Part shown: one piece after another, positions 51,812 through 60,721 of the stretch
Numbering within the stretch: position 1 is the stretch's first letter
Layout: every line of letters starts with the position of its first letter
Source: a virus
Length of the DNA: 64,000 nt
Virus record (IMG/VR): IMGVR_UViG_3300047494_000058
Span: 8,225 to 72,224 of that record
Reading direction: 5' to 3' (one strand)
The notes under the pieces: model-generated
What the model saw: only the letters and a program-made list of their open reading frames with translations
What the model was told of the DNA's origin: nothing
The model's database searches: none
Program-made: the position numbers and the translations under genes

Positions 51812-51982
51812 TTATTTCGTGTTGTCGGCCCGGGCCAGCGCGGCCTCGGCCTCTTCCCGCGTCTCGTACATGCCGGCCGCCTGCTCGAAGCCGTCGTCGG
51901 TCGTCTCGTACACGATCCAACTGCAGCCGGCGCTGTGCAGGTACGAACTGATGCGGCGGGCGGTGACTTTAGGGTGGTTCAT
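51812..51982 (-). CDS. 56-aa early protein absent from the ORF track
   Basis: MNHPKVTARR...YETREEAEAALARADNTK*, with own promoter and leader. Confidence 0.65.
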   Translation of the reverse strand: MNHPKVTARRISSYLHSAGCSWIVYETTDDGFEQAAGMYETREEAEAALARADNTK

Positions 51983-52057
51983 GGTGCTATCCTCTATGTT
52001 GGTGCGAATCCGAGAAAAGATTAGAACACGGCCGGACAGACCGTGTCAATATGTTGA

Positions 52058-52258
52058 TTACCAGATGCCCAGGGCGCGGTCTTCGATCTCCTGTTCAGCC
52101 GACGCCTTGGAGTCCAACATGGCCTCGTACGCGATCTCGCCGTCCTCGTCCGGGATGTAGGTATCCTGGTCGTACCAATAGGAGTCGATGCCCTCGGGGC
52201 CGCCGTAGTCCTCGTACTCGATGTAGGCCGTCGCTGCGTTCACCTTTGCTTGTGCCAT
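52058..52258 (-). CDS. Small, highly acidic early protein
   Basis: 66 aa rich in D/E/Y; own promoter and leader. Confidence 0.65.
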   Translation of the reverse strand: MAQAKVNAATAYIEYEDYGGPEGIDSYWYDQDTYIPDEDGEIAYEAMLDSKASAEQEIEDRALGIW

Positions 52259-52310
52259 GTCCGTTATCCTCTATAAGTGAAACCGAGAACATATTACAAC
52301 ACATTGATCA

Positions 52311-52718
52311 TCATTGATACAAGTATATCTGGTCCTGGAGCCTGTGCAGCTGGCCGTTGCGGGCGTGGCTCATGGCGAGCTTCATCTCCTCGACGTCCAG
52401 GACCTTGTCGACCCACAACTCGTGCCCGACGAGCAGCGGCTCATGGCCGCGCCACAGCTTGTGCATGTCGTCCTCCAGGTCGTACTTGAGGAGGAACGCG
52501 TTGCCGTAGTTGCTCCAATGGCGGCGCAGGAAGTGACCCTGCTCGGCGCGCACTTTAGAGTCGACCTTGAGTTCGAGCCAGCAAAAGACGAACGGCCACT
52601 CGATGACCAGGTCGGAGGGGCCGGGACAGCCCGCCTCCATCACTTGGGTGACTTCGCAGCCGGCGCCAGTGAACGCCTTGCGGACCCGCCCGGAATACCT
52701 CTGTTCGAGCTTCGTCAT
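52311..52718 (-). CDS. VRR-NUC / PD-(D/E)xK nuclease (resolvase-like)
   Basis: GPSDL...WLELK...EQ..FL; start inferred. Confidence 0.7.
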   Translation of the reverse strand: MTKLEQRYSGRVRKAFTGAGCEVTQVMEAGCPGPSDLVIEWPFVFCWLELKVDSKVRAEQGHFLRRHWSNYGNAFLLKYDLEDDMHKLWRGHEPLLVGHELWVDKVLDVEEMKLAMSHARNGQLHRLQDQIYLYQ

Positions 52719-52779
52719 GGCCCATGAAACCACGGGAAGAGGCCCGCAGGCAAACCCTCCGAGAGTCAACGAGACCGGC

Positions 52780-53244
52780 CGACCATATTCGGACGCGACA
52801 TTCGACCATATTCGGACGCGACGTTACCTTGGTACCACGGTAACGAATATACGATATGCCCTAGGAGATATAGCGTCCGAGATGCCAACCATGTCCACCA
52901 ACGATGTCCAGCCTCTTGAGGCCCTCCTTCGATAGGTCCGGAAACCATGTCCACGAACGGTGTCCAAATCGATCGAGGCCCTCCTTGGGGTTGGACATGG
53001 TTCGTGGACATGGTTCCAAAACCTATCGAAGCGAGGCCCTGGCTGGCTGGACATCGTCGGTGGACATCGTTCCTGTATATACAGACCCTATTGCACTACT
53101 CCGCGGTGCCGTGAGCACTCCGGGGGATACCAGAAGAGGGAAACGCGCTACACGGGGCTTAAGTCCGCGCCGGGCGAGGCTTACGATGTCCACGCAATAG
53201 GGCTGTCTATACAGTGCGTAATGGGCATTGCGTGGACATCGTAA
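52780..53244. repeat. Direct repeats and nested iteron-rich inverted repeats (putative origin)
   Basis: 20-bp direct repeat; 185-bp imperfect palindrome; 18-bp perfect inverted repeat; ten AAC(C/G)ATGTCCA-like copies. Confidence 0.75.
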
Positions 53245-53347
53245 AGGTCGTCCGCGGTGGGTATAGAGGTTACGTAGCGGGCTCGCTACACGGGCCAGTG
53301 CGTGTTACGTGCGCGCACACGAGGGGCGGCCTTGACAGCCTGGCCGC

Positions 53348-53376
53348 TTGTCATCTAGACGGTCCCGTGGTACAAT
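53348..53376 (+). promoter_or_regulatory. Rightward sigma70-type promoter
   Basis: TTGTCA-17bp-TACAAT with TG extension. Confidence 0.7.
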
Positions 53377-53604
53377 CGCTGCTCACCCCAGGGAGTGCTT
53401 GACCAACATGGCGTTAATCGGATTTGATGTCGAAAGGGGGACTTCCCAGCGCCGGGATCTTGTGATATACTGGCTGCCTGTCGATCGTCCCTCGACCTCC
53501 AGCGCCGTTCGTCCGGCCGGCCAATGTCGACGGGGTGAGAGGGACGTGAGACAGATCAACCGACCGAGCCGCCAACAAGTGCCGTCCTGTCAAGGGTTCT
53601 CGCA

Positions 53605-54045
53605 ATGAGGCCCGGCCCCGACGAGATCGACATCTGGGGCATGGACTGGGCGAAGCAACGCCGCATCATGCTGGGCATCATCCCGGGTTCGATGATCCCG
53701 CTCCGTGACCACATCGGCAAGATCCGCTGCACCCTGGCCCAGGTCCGAGAAGACGGCGACGGAGCCGGTCAGAACACGCTCAACGGTCACCCTAATCAAG
53801 ACTGGCCCGAGGTCTACACTGGCTTGTCGCTTACTGTCCACCGGGCTTACTCGGTGATGCCCGGTATCAACAAGCAAATCATGAATCTACACTACGTCTG
53901 GCGCGAGATCTCGGCGCGGCTCAAGGCCGAGGAGCTTGGAGTATCGCTGGCGCAGTATTGGATACACGTCGGCAACACCAAGTCGTTCCTGTTCGGGGCC
54001 GTGACAATAAATAGGCCGGTCGATGTCTCTAGAGCATCTAGATAA
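53605..54045 (+). CDS. Putative late transcription regulator (antiterminator-Q/sigma-like HTH)
   Basis: C-terminal HYVW...KAEELGVS..YW HTH; first gene of the rightward arm. Confidence 0.5.
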   Translation: MRPGPDEIDIWGMDWAKQRRIMLGIIPGSMIPLRDHIGKIRCTLAQVREDGDGAGQNTLNGHPNQDWPEVYTGLSLTVHRAYSVMPGINKQIMNLHYVWREISARLKAEELGVSLAQYWIHVGNTKSFLFGAVTINRPVDVSRASR

Positions 54046-54286
54046 TCTAGACGCCATCAGCAGGGCCCGCCGCCTGGGGTCAGACGCCGCCGACAGGATT
54101 CCCTCGAACGTCTCCCTGGCCCCGCCGCCGACGCCGTCACTGGTCGGTCGGACCGGCTGGCGGCCGAGGAAGGCGCGGAAAGGGGTCTTCCTTCGGCGCG
54201 GAGCCCAGACCCGCTACCGTAGTAGCGATCCCCCACCCAGCGCCTGACGGAGAGCCTCCCGTTGGGCCGAACTTTTTACGGTTAAT

Positions 54287-54745
54287 ATGTCGAACACCCC
54301 CATTCCCACCTCGAAAGTTGACGGCGTCCCGGTTCACCAGGGCGTTGGCCTGGAACACGTGCCGACCGCCAAGCTGCGCCACGAGGTTGCCGCAATGAGC
54401 CGTGTCGGGACGCCGCGTCATATGATTGCGGCCTTGGTTAAGATGTCGACGCCTTGTCTCCTCAAGCATTATCAGACGGAGCTTGACGAGGGCAAGGCCA
54501 GCGGCGTCTACAGCGTCGGCAAGAACCTGCTAACCCAGTGCCGCAAGGGCAATACCAAGGCCATCATGTTCTACCTGCAGACGCAGGCCGGATGGCGCGT
54601 CACCCAGGTCGTGCAGAAGCAGACGCTGGGCGCCGACGGTAACCCGGTCGAGCCGCCGACGGTCAAGGATGCGGGCGATGCAATTCGTGACTTCATGGAC
54701 CTGCTCGCCAAGCCCAAGGCGGACGACGAGCCTGAAGACGAGTAA
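54287..54745 (+). CDS. terS: Terminase small subunit
   Basis: HTH-like MIAALVKMS..LLKHY..ELD.G, GNTKAIMFYL.T.AGW; precedes terL. Confidence 0.75.
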   Translation: MSNTPIPTSKVDGVPVHQGVGLEHVPTAKLRHEVAAMSRVGTPRHMIAALVKMSTPCLLKHYQTELDEGKASGVYSVGKNLLTQCRKGNTKAIMFYLQTQAGWRVTQVVQKQTLGADGNPVEPPTVKDAGDAIRDFMDLLAKPKADDEPEDE

Positions 54746-54750
54746 GCACG

Positions 54751-56346
54751 GTGGCGTTCATCCTCGAAGACTTTGACCACAAGAACCCTGATTACCCGGC
54801 CGTCATAGCCTGGCGCAAGTCGCTGTTGCTGACATTACGCAGCCGGCCGCAGGCGGTCCTCGACGCGAAGCAGTTCTACAAGGCTTACCCGGCCAAGTTC
54901 ATCAGCCACTGGGGCTGGACGGTTGACCCGCGCAACGTCGAGCGCAACCTGCCGTCGGTCATTCCTTTCGTGCTGTTCAAGCGCCAGGAGGAGTGGATCG
55001 AGTGGTTCCTGGAGCGCTGGCGGGCCGGCGAGCCCGGTATTACCGAGAAGACGCGCGATATGGGCATGAGTTGGCTTACGGTCGCGCTGGCTTGTACGAT
55101 CTGCCTGTTCAATGACGGTGTGGTCGGTGGCTTCGGCTCCCGCAAGGAGGAGTACGTCGACAAGATCGGCAGCCCCAAGTCGCTGTTCGAGAAGGCCCGT
55201 ACCTTCATGCAGTGCTTACCGTATGAGTTCCTGGGCGGCTGGGAGCGGTCCAAGCATGCCCCGCACCTGCGTATCCTTTTCCCCGGCACGGGTTCGATGC
55301 TCGGTGGCGAGTCCGGCGACGGCATCGGCCGCGGCGACCGGACGAGCTTCTACATCGTCGATGAGGCCGCGTTCCTTGAGCGCCCGCAGCTGGTGGACGC
55401 GTCGCTGTCGCAGACGACCCACTGCCGGCAGGACGTCTCGACGCCGAATGGCACCGGCAACCCATTTGCCACGCGCCGCTTCTCGGGCAAGATCAAGGTG
55501 TTCACGTTCCATTGGCGCGATGACCCGCGCAAGGACGACGCCTGGTACCAGAAGCAGGTAGACGAACTTGATGAGGTTACGGTCGCGGCCGAGATTGACA
55601 TCAACTACTCGGCTTCGGTCGAGGGCGTCGTCATCCCCAGCCTGTGGGTACAGGCCGCCATCGGCGCGCACCAGCGCCTGGGCATCTCGCCCACCGGCCG
55701 CCGGTATGTGGGTCTGGACGTCGCCGACGAGGGCACCGACAAGAACGCGATGGCCGGCCGCCACGGCTTCCTGCTGGAGTTCCTGCAGTCGTGGTCGGGC
55801 AAGGGTTCGGACATCTACAAGACCGTGGTCCGGGCGTTCGCGCTGTGCGACGCGCATGGCTACGACCGGTTCGATTATGACGCCGACGGCCTCGGGGCCG
55901 GCGTGCGCGGCGATGCGGAGCGCATCAATCAAGATCGCAAGGATGCCGGCGGCCTGATGATCGCCGACGAGCCCTGGCGCGGCTCGGGCGCGGTGCACGA
56001 CCCCGAGGGCGAGATGGTGGCGAAGCGTCTCAACAAGGATTACTTCGCCAATGCTAAGGCCCAGGCGTGGTGGGCGCTGCGTCTGAGGTTCGAGAAGGTC
56101 CACCGGGCTATCAATGGCCTGGAGTATGACCCGGACGAGATCGTTTCGATAGACCCTGATTTGCCCGAACTGCTGCAGCTGCAGATGGAACTGTCCCAGC
56201 CGACGTACTCGATCAACTCGGTGGGTAAGATACTCATTAACAAGACGCCGCAGGGCACCAAGTCACCGAACCTGGCCGATGCTGTGATGATCGCATATCA
56301 GCCGGCGAGCCGCGTGTTGGAGACCTGGGAGCTACTGGGAGCATGA
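54751..56346 (+). CDS. terL: Terminase large subunit
   Basis: EKTRDMG.SW, GRGDR, VDEAAF, STPNG, GLDVADEG.D, SPNLADA. Confidence 0.93.
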   Translation: MAFILEDFDHKNPDYPAVIAWRKSLLLTLRSRPQAVLDAKQFYKAYPAKFISHWGWTVDPRNVERNLPSVIPFVLFKRQEEWIEWFLERWRAGEPGITEKTRDMGMSWLTVALACTICLFNDGVVGGFGSRKEEYVDKIGSPKSLFEKARTFMQCLPYEFLGGWERSKHAPHLRILFPGTGSMLGGESGDGIGRGDRTSFYIVDEAAFLERPQLVDASLSQTTHCRQDVSTPNGTGNPFATRRFSGKIKVFTFHWRDDPRKDDAWYQKQVDELDEVTVAAEIDINYSASVEGVVIPSLWVQAAIGAHQRLGISPTGRRYVGLDVADEGTDKNAMAGRHGFLLEFLQSWSGKGSDIYKTVVRAFALCDAHGYDRFDYDADGLGAGVRGDAERINQDRKDAGGLMIADEPWRGSGAVHDPEGEMVAKRLNKDYFANAKAQAWWALRLRFEKVHRAINGLEYDPDEIVSIDPDLPELLQLQMELSQPTYSINSVGKILINKTPQGTKSPNLADAVMIAYQPASRVLETWELLGA

Positions 56347-56349
56347 CGG

Positions 56350-56983
56350 ATGATCGAACAAGTAAGCTGCATACCGGATACCGCTTGGACCGAGGTCCGG
56401 CGTTACATTCCGACGCTCAACCTGCTGATCCTGCTGAGCCTCCTATGGTGGGCCACACGCCTGGCGCGGGCCTTCAAGCACGCCTTTATTGACCGGCCGG
56501 CCGCCGGCATGTTGCTGTTTAAATATCGCAACGAGTCCGACGCCGAGTACCGCCAGCGCCTGGCCGAGGTGGCGCGGCAGACCTTCGAGTAATGACCGAC
56601 TCACCCGAACAGGCGGCGCTCAAGGCCGCCAACAGGCTGCTGTATGCAGCGGAAGCGCGGCTGGCCGCCGTGGCGCATCTCGGGGCCAACGGACGGGCTG
56701 AGCAGGAGGGTGCACTACTGCAGGCTGAGGACGCAGTCCGCGCCGCGCGGCGGGCCTGGGAAGCGGTCCGGGGGTTTAAATGAGCTGTACTGTCTGGGTA
56801 TTGTTCCGCGGTGGCCAGTACCTGCAGGACCACAACGTGTGGAGCGTATCACACCGCACTGCGCGACGCTTCGAGACGCACCAGGCGGCGCTCGACCACA
56901 TAAAGACGCTGCACCCCGCGGTCGGCGTCAAACCAGCAAGGCAGACCATCTTTGAGCAACCGACGCAAGCCCCGCCAGGCTAA
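56350..56983 (+). other. Three small genes between terL and portal
   Basis: Coupled ORFs 56350-56592 (one hydrophobic helix), 56592-56783, 56780-56983. Confidence 0.55.
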
Positions 56984-59240
56984 CACAGGCGCAGCGAGCG
57001 TACAGACGTCGGACTCGTTCCAGAACTTCGTCGCTCACGTCGGCCGGGGCACCGGTAACCAGGGCGACAGCGCCCATTATGGATTCAATCCGGTAACCCG
57101 CAACCGGATGCAGATGGACTGGGTGTATCGCGGCTCCTGGATCGCGGGCCGCGTGATCGACGTCATGGCCAAGGACATGACGCGTGAAGGCGTCAACATC
57201 TTATCGGGCGACGATCCTAAGCGCATCGCCGAGTTCGAGCGCAACATCGATGGCCTGCAGCTGTGGAAGCAGCTGTGTAACCTTGTGCAGTGGGCGCGGC
57301 TGTACGGTGGCGCCATCGGCTTCCTGATGGTCGACGGCCAGGACCCATCGACTCCGCTGCGCCTGGAGACGGTGCAGAAGGGCCAGTTCAAGGGCATCCT
57401 GCCGATGGACCGCTGGGTCGCCAATCCGTCTCTGCAGGACCTGGTCGAAGACTACGGCATCAATTACGGCAAGCCGATGTTCTACGACACGATGCCGGAC
57501 ACGGGCGGCATGCCGCGCCTGAAGATCCATTACAGCCGTGTGATACGGGTGCTGGGCGTCGAGCTTCCCTATTGGCAGTCGATCACTGAGAACCTATGGG
57601 GCCAGTCGGTTCTGGAGCGGCTGTGGGACCGCATGATCGCGTACGACTCGACCACGTCGGGCGTGTCGCAGCTGGTATACAAAGCTCACTTGCGCATCCT
57701 CAAGATGGACGGCCTGCGCGACGTCCTGGGCGGCAATAAGGTAGCGCTCAAGGGCATCATGGCGAACATCGACATGATCCGCGCGATGCAGACCAACGAA
57801 GGCATCACGCTGCTCGACAAGAAGGACGAGTTCGAGACCCAGAACTACACGTTCTCGGGCCTGGACTCGATCCTGATGCAGTTCGGCGAGCAGCTGGCCG
57901 GCGCGACCGAGATCCCGCTGGTGCGCCTGTTCGGGCAGTCGCCGTCGGGATTCTCGACCGGTGACACCGACATCCAGACGTACTACGACACGGTCAAGCA
58001 GGCCCAGGTTAACCAGCTGGGGCCGGGCTGCGACACGCTGTACCGGCTCGCGTACATCAGCTACTTCGGCAAGGAGCCGCCCAAGGATTTCAGCCTGGAG
58101 TTCCGCTCGCTGTGGCAGATGAACGATGGCCAGAAGGCCGAGATCGCGGACAAGCTGACGACCGCCATCACGGGCGCGTACGATAAGCAGCTGATCGACC
58201 GCGCCACCGGCATGCAGGAACTCAAGGCGTCGTCCAAGATCACGGGCGTCTTCACCAATATTGACGACGCGGCGATCAAGGAGGCGGAGAATGATCCCCC
58301 GCCGTCTCCCGAGGCTCTCGGGCTGGTCGCGCCAGAACCCCCGGCCGATGCACCGGGAGGTGATCCCGAGGCCGACGGCGAGGACGGCGGAGGCCCGGAC
58401 CCAGCGCCGGATGCCGAGGCCGGCGCATTCTCGATGTTTGACGCCATGGACGCGGGTTGGGAGGAATCCAAGCATAAGCGTGGCAATGCCAAGAACAAGG
58501 GCCAGTTTGGGGCCGGCGGCAGCGGCGCTTCTGCTGCGGCACCCACCGCCCGTGAACGTCACGAGAGTGCGGGCGGCGGTTCCAAGCTGCCGTTCGTTAA
58601 TGAGTTCCTGGCGAAGCACCCTAACAAGGCGTCGGCATTGGCTGGCATTAAGGCCCTGCCGAAAGAGAAGCTGCAGCAGGCGCGCGAGCTTATTGCCAAG
58701 CATGGCCGCGGTGACGACGATGCTAAGTACCTCAAGGAGCTTATCGACGAGGCGCAGCCCGGCGCCGGGGCTGATAAGGAACAGGCTGAGGCCAAAAAGG
58801 CCGAGAAGCTGGAGGCCAAGATCGAGAAAAGGGTCGACAAGCTAGTTGAGAGCAAGGTCGCCCAAATGATGCGCGAGGCCGGTATCGAGCCCGGCGAGGG
58901 CCTGCCCGCTGATCCGTGGCCCGATCGCAAGACTCGGTCGGACACGCCCAAGGAAAAGGCCGCCATGGAGAAGCTGTTCGCCAAACAGTCGGACCAGGAG
59001 CTCAAGGATCGGTTGGCGATGCTTAAGGAGCAGGTCAAGGAAAACCGCCACGTTGAGCGCGGCATCGAGGCCATCGAGAAGGAGCTCGAAGCACGCAAAG
59101 ATCCCGATGACCTCAGTAAACGACCCAGGCGTGACTATAACGCTAAGGAAAAGGCGGCGCTGGCCAAGCTCAAGGCCAAGTCGACCAAGGATTCGTTTTT
59201 TGCCCGGCTGTGGCGCGCGGCGAAGGCCGCGGTTGAGTAA
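56952..59240 (+). CDS. Portal protein (DUF1073-like) with long C-terminal extension
   Basis: YRGSWIAG.VID..A.DMTR, WARLYGG, IHYSRV, WGQSVLE, IPLVRLFGQSP.GF.TGD.D..YYD; TTG start. Confidence 0.9.
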   Translation: MSNRRKPRQANTGAASVQTSDSFQNFVAHVGRGTGNQGDSAHYGFNPVTRNRMQMDWVYRGSWIAGRVIDVMAKDMTREGVNILSGDDPKRIAEFERNIDGLQLWKQLCNLVQWARLYGGAIGFLMVDGQDPSTPLRLETVQKGQFKGILPMDRWVANPSLQDLVEDYGINYGKPMFYDTMPDTGGMPRLKIHYSRVIRVLGVELPYWQSITENLWGQSVLERLWDRMIAYDSTTSGVSQLVYKAHLRILKMDGLRDVLGGNKVALKGIMANIDMIRAMQTNEGITLLDKKDEFETQNYTFSGLDSILMQFGEQLAGATEIPLVRLFGQSPSGFSTGDTDIQTYYDTVKQAQVNQLGPGCDTLYRLAYISYFGKEPPKDFSLEFRSLWQMNDGQKAEIADKLTTAITGAYDKQLIDRATGMQELKASSKITGVFTNIDDAAIKEAENDPPPSPEALGLVAPEPPADAPGGDPEADGEDGGGPDPAPDAEAGAFSMFDAMDAGWEESKHKRGNAKNKGQFGAGGSGASAAAPTARERHESAGGGSKLPFVNEFLAKHPNKASALAGIKALPKEKLQQARELIAKHGRGDDDAKYLKELIDEAQPGAGADKEQAEAKKAEKLEAKIEKRVDKLVESKVAQMMREAGIEPGEGLPADPWPDRKTRSDTPKEKAAMEKLFAKQSDQELKDRLAMLKEQVKENRHVERGIEAIEKELEARKDPDDLSKRPRRDYNAKEKAALAKLKAKSTKDSFFARLWRAAKAAVE

Positions 59241-59992
59241 TGGCGCGGCGCGACCCGCGGCGCCACGACCGCTACCGCGTCAAATCCGGCCGCGCTGAGC
59301 GCGATTATTACCGGTCGCTGCGCGACGTTGCGGCACACATTGGGACGATGGTCGGGGCGTTCCCGCCCCTGGACGATTCGCTGCTGGGCGAACTGCTCGG
59401 TATGCTGCGGGCGTATTCCAAGGCACTCAGGCCCTGGGCACGGCGCACGGCGCACCGCATGCTGGAGGAAGTTAACCGGCGCGACATCGACACCTGGGAG
59501 CAGTTGTCGAAGGACATGTCCACCCAGCTGCAGCACGACATCCGGCGCACTCCGGTGGGCTCAACCATCGCGCGGCTCATGGCGGAGCAGACGGAGCTTA
59601 TCACGTCGCTGCCGACCAAGGCCGCGGAGCGCATTCAGCTGCTCACGCTGGAGGCGCGCACGACGACTGGCGCCCGCTCGATGGAGATCGCCAGGGCCGT
59701 ACTGGCAACTGGCGAGGTCACCAAGGCCCGCGCCCAGCTGATCGCGCGCACCGAGGTGGCCAAGGCGGCCTCGAACTTGACGATGGCGCGGGCGGCCCAG
59801 GCGGGCTCGACCCACTATATCTGGCGCACGGTCGAGGACGCGAGCGTCCGGCCGGGCCACCACGCGATGGACGGCAAGATCTGCGATTGGGCAAGCCCGC
59901 CGGCCGTCAACGAAAATGGTCGCATCATGTACCACCACCCCGGCTGCATCTGGAATTGCAGGTGCTGGGCTCAGTCAATTCTTCCCGATTAA
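59240..59992 (+). CDS. Minor head protein (SPP1 gp7/MuF-like)
   Basis: ARAQLIARTE, YIWRT..D..VRP.H, HPG.IWNCRC. Confidence 0.9.
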   Translation: MARRDPRRHDRYRVKSGRAERDYYRSLRDVAAHIGTMVGAFPPLDDSLLGELLGMLRAYSKALRPWARRTAHRMLEEVNRRDIDTWEQLSKDMSTQLQHDIRRTPVGSTIARLMAEQTELITSLPTKAAERIQLLTLEARTTTGARSMEIARAVLATGEVTKARAQLIARTEVAKAASNLTMARAAQAGSTHYIWRTVEDASVRPGHHAMDGKICDWASPPAVNENGRIMYHHPGCIWNCRCWAQSILPD

Positions 59993-60010
59993 CTAGGACG
60001 GAACACCCTC

Positions 60011-60712
60011 ATGGCCTCACTTGCGAACGGTACAGAAACCAGTATCCTGCAGTTGCTGTTCAACGCGACCACGTGGACATCGATTGCAGTCAACGCGACC
60101 ACGTCGCCGGCCACCAACCTGTACGTGTCGCTACATAATGCCGACCCGCTCGAAGGCGGCAGCCAGTCGACCAGTGAGACCGCCTACACCAATTATGCCC
60201 GCGTCGCGGTGGCGCGTACTACCGGCGGCTGGTCGGTGTCGGGCAACAACCCGGCCCAGGTCTCCAACGTCGCCGCCATCACCTTCGCGCAGTGCGGCGC
60301 GACCGGTGACACGCTCACCTATTTCGGCCTGGGTCTGTCGGCCTCGGGCGCTGGCACGCTGCTCATGTCCGGCCCCATCGGCCCCGGCCCCGCGTACGGG
60401 TTCACCTGCACCTCGGCGTCGCCTGGTACGCTCACGGTCCCGGGCTCGTCGCTTACTGTCAACCAGCGCGTCATGGTCTACGGCCTTGGCCCTGGCCTCA
60501 CGCTGCCCACCGGCATTACCGAGGGCACGGTGTACTATGTGGGCACGGTCACCGGCACCGCGGTGACGCTGTCGACCACGACCGCCAACGGCTCGCCCGT
60601 CAACACGACCTCGGTCGGTGCCGGCGTGCTGCTGCCCTGCTCGCCGCTGGCCGTGTCCAGCAACATCACGCCGTCATTTGCAGCCGGCGCGCTGATTTCG
60701 TATCTGAACTAA
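60011..60712 (+). CDS. Virion fiber-associated structural protein
   Basis: LYVSLH.ADP.E.G.Q...E.AYT.YARVAV.R, ITF..C, TPSFAAGAL motifs. Confidence 0.7.
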   Translation: MASLANGTETSILQLLFNATTWTSIAVNATTSPATNLYVSLHNADPLEGGSQSTSETAYTNYARVAVARTTGGWSVSGNNPAQVSNVAAITFAQCGATGDTLTYFGLGLSASGAGTLLMSGPIGPGPAYGFTCTSASPGTLTVPGSSLTVNQRVMVYGLGPGLTLPTGITEGTVYYVGTVTGTAVTLSTTTANGSPVNTTSVGAGVLLPCSPLAVSSNITPSFAAGALISYLN

Positions 60713-60721
60713 GGACGCGCC

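Larger units (their letters stand above)
49145..52322 (-). promoter_or_regulatory. Eight sigma70-type promoter/leader cassettes
   Basis: -35 TTGACA/TTGTGC/TTGTAT, 17-18 bp spacer, TGT-T(C/G/T)(T/C)AAT -10 boxes at 49190, 49849, 50167, 50699, 50998, 51782, 52020, 52293. Confidence 0.85.

Noticed and set aside
49145-52322. Regularly spaced repeats as a CRISPR array or integron attC cassettes
   Set aside because: Repeats are degenerate promoter/RBS units separated by whole genes; no cas or integrase gene and no attC core sites seen.
52748-52780. GGCAAACC...GAGA as a c-di-GMP-I riboswitch
   Set aside because: The partner strand and GACGCAAAG junction are missing.
52766-53244. Short ORFs on both strands with similar MSTN/DMV peptides
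   Set aside because: By-product of the palindromic iterons; no convincing RBS.
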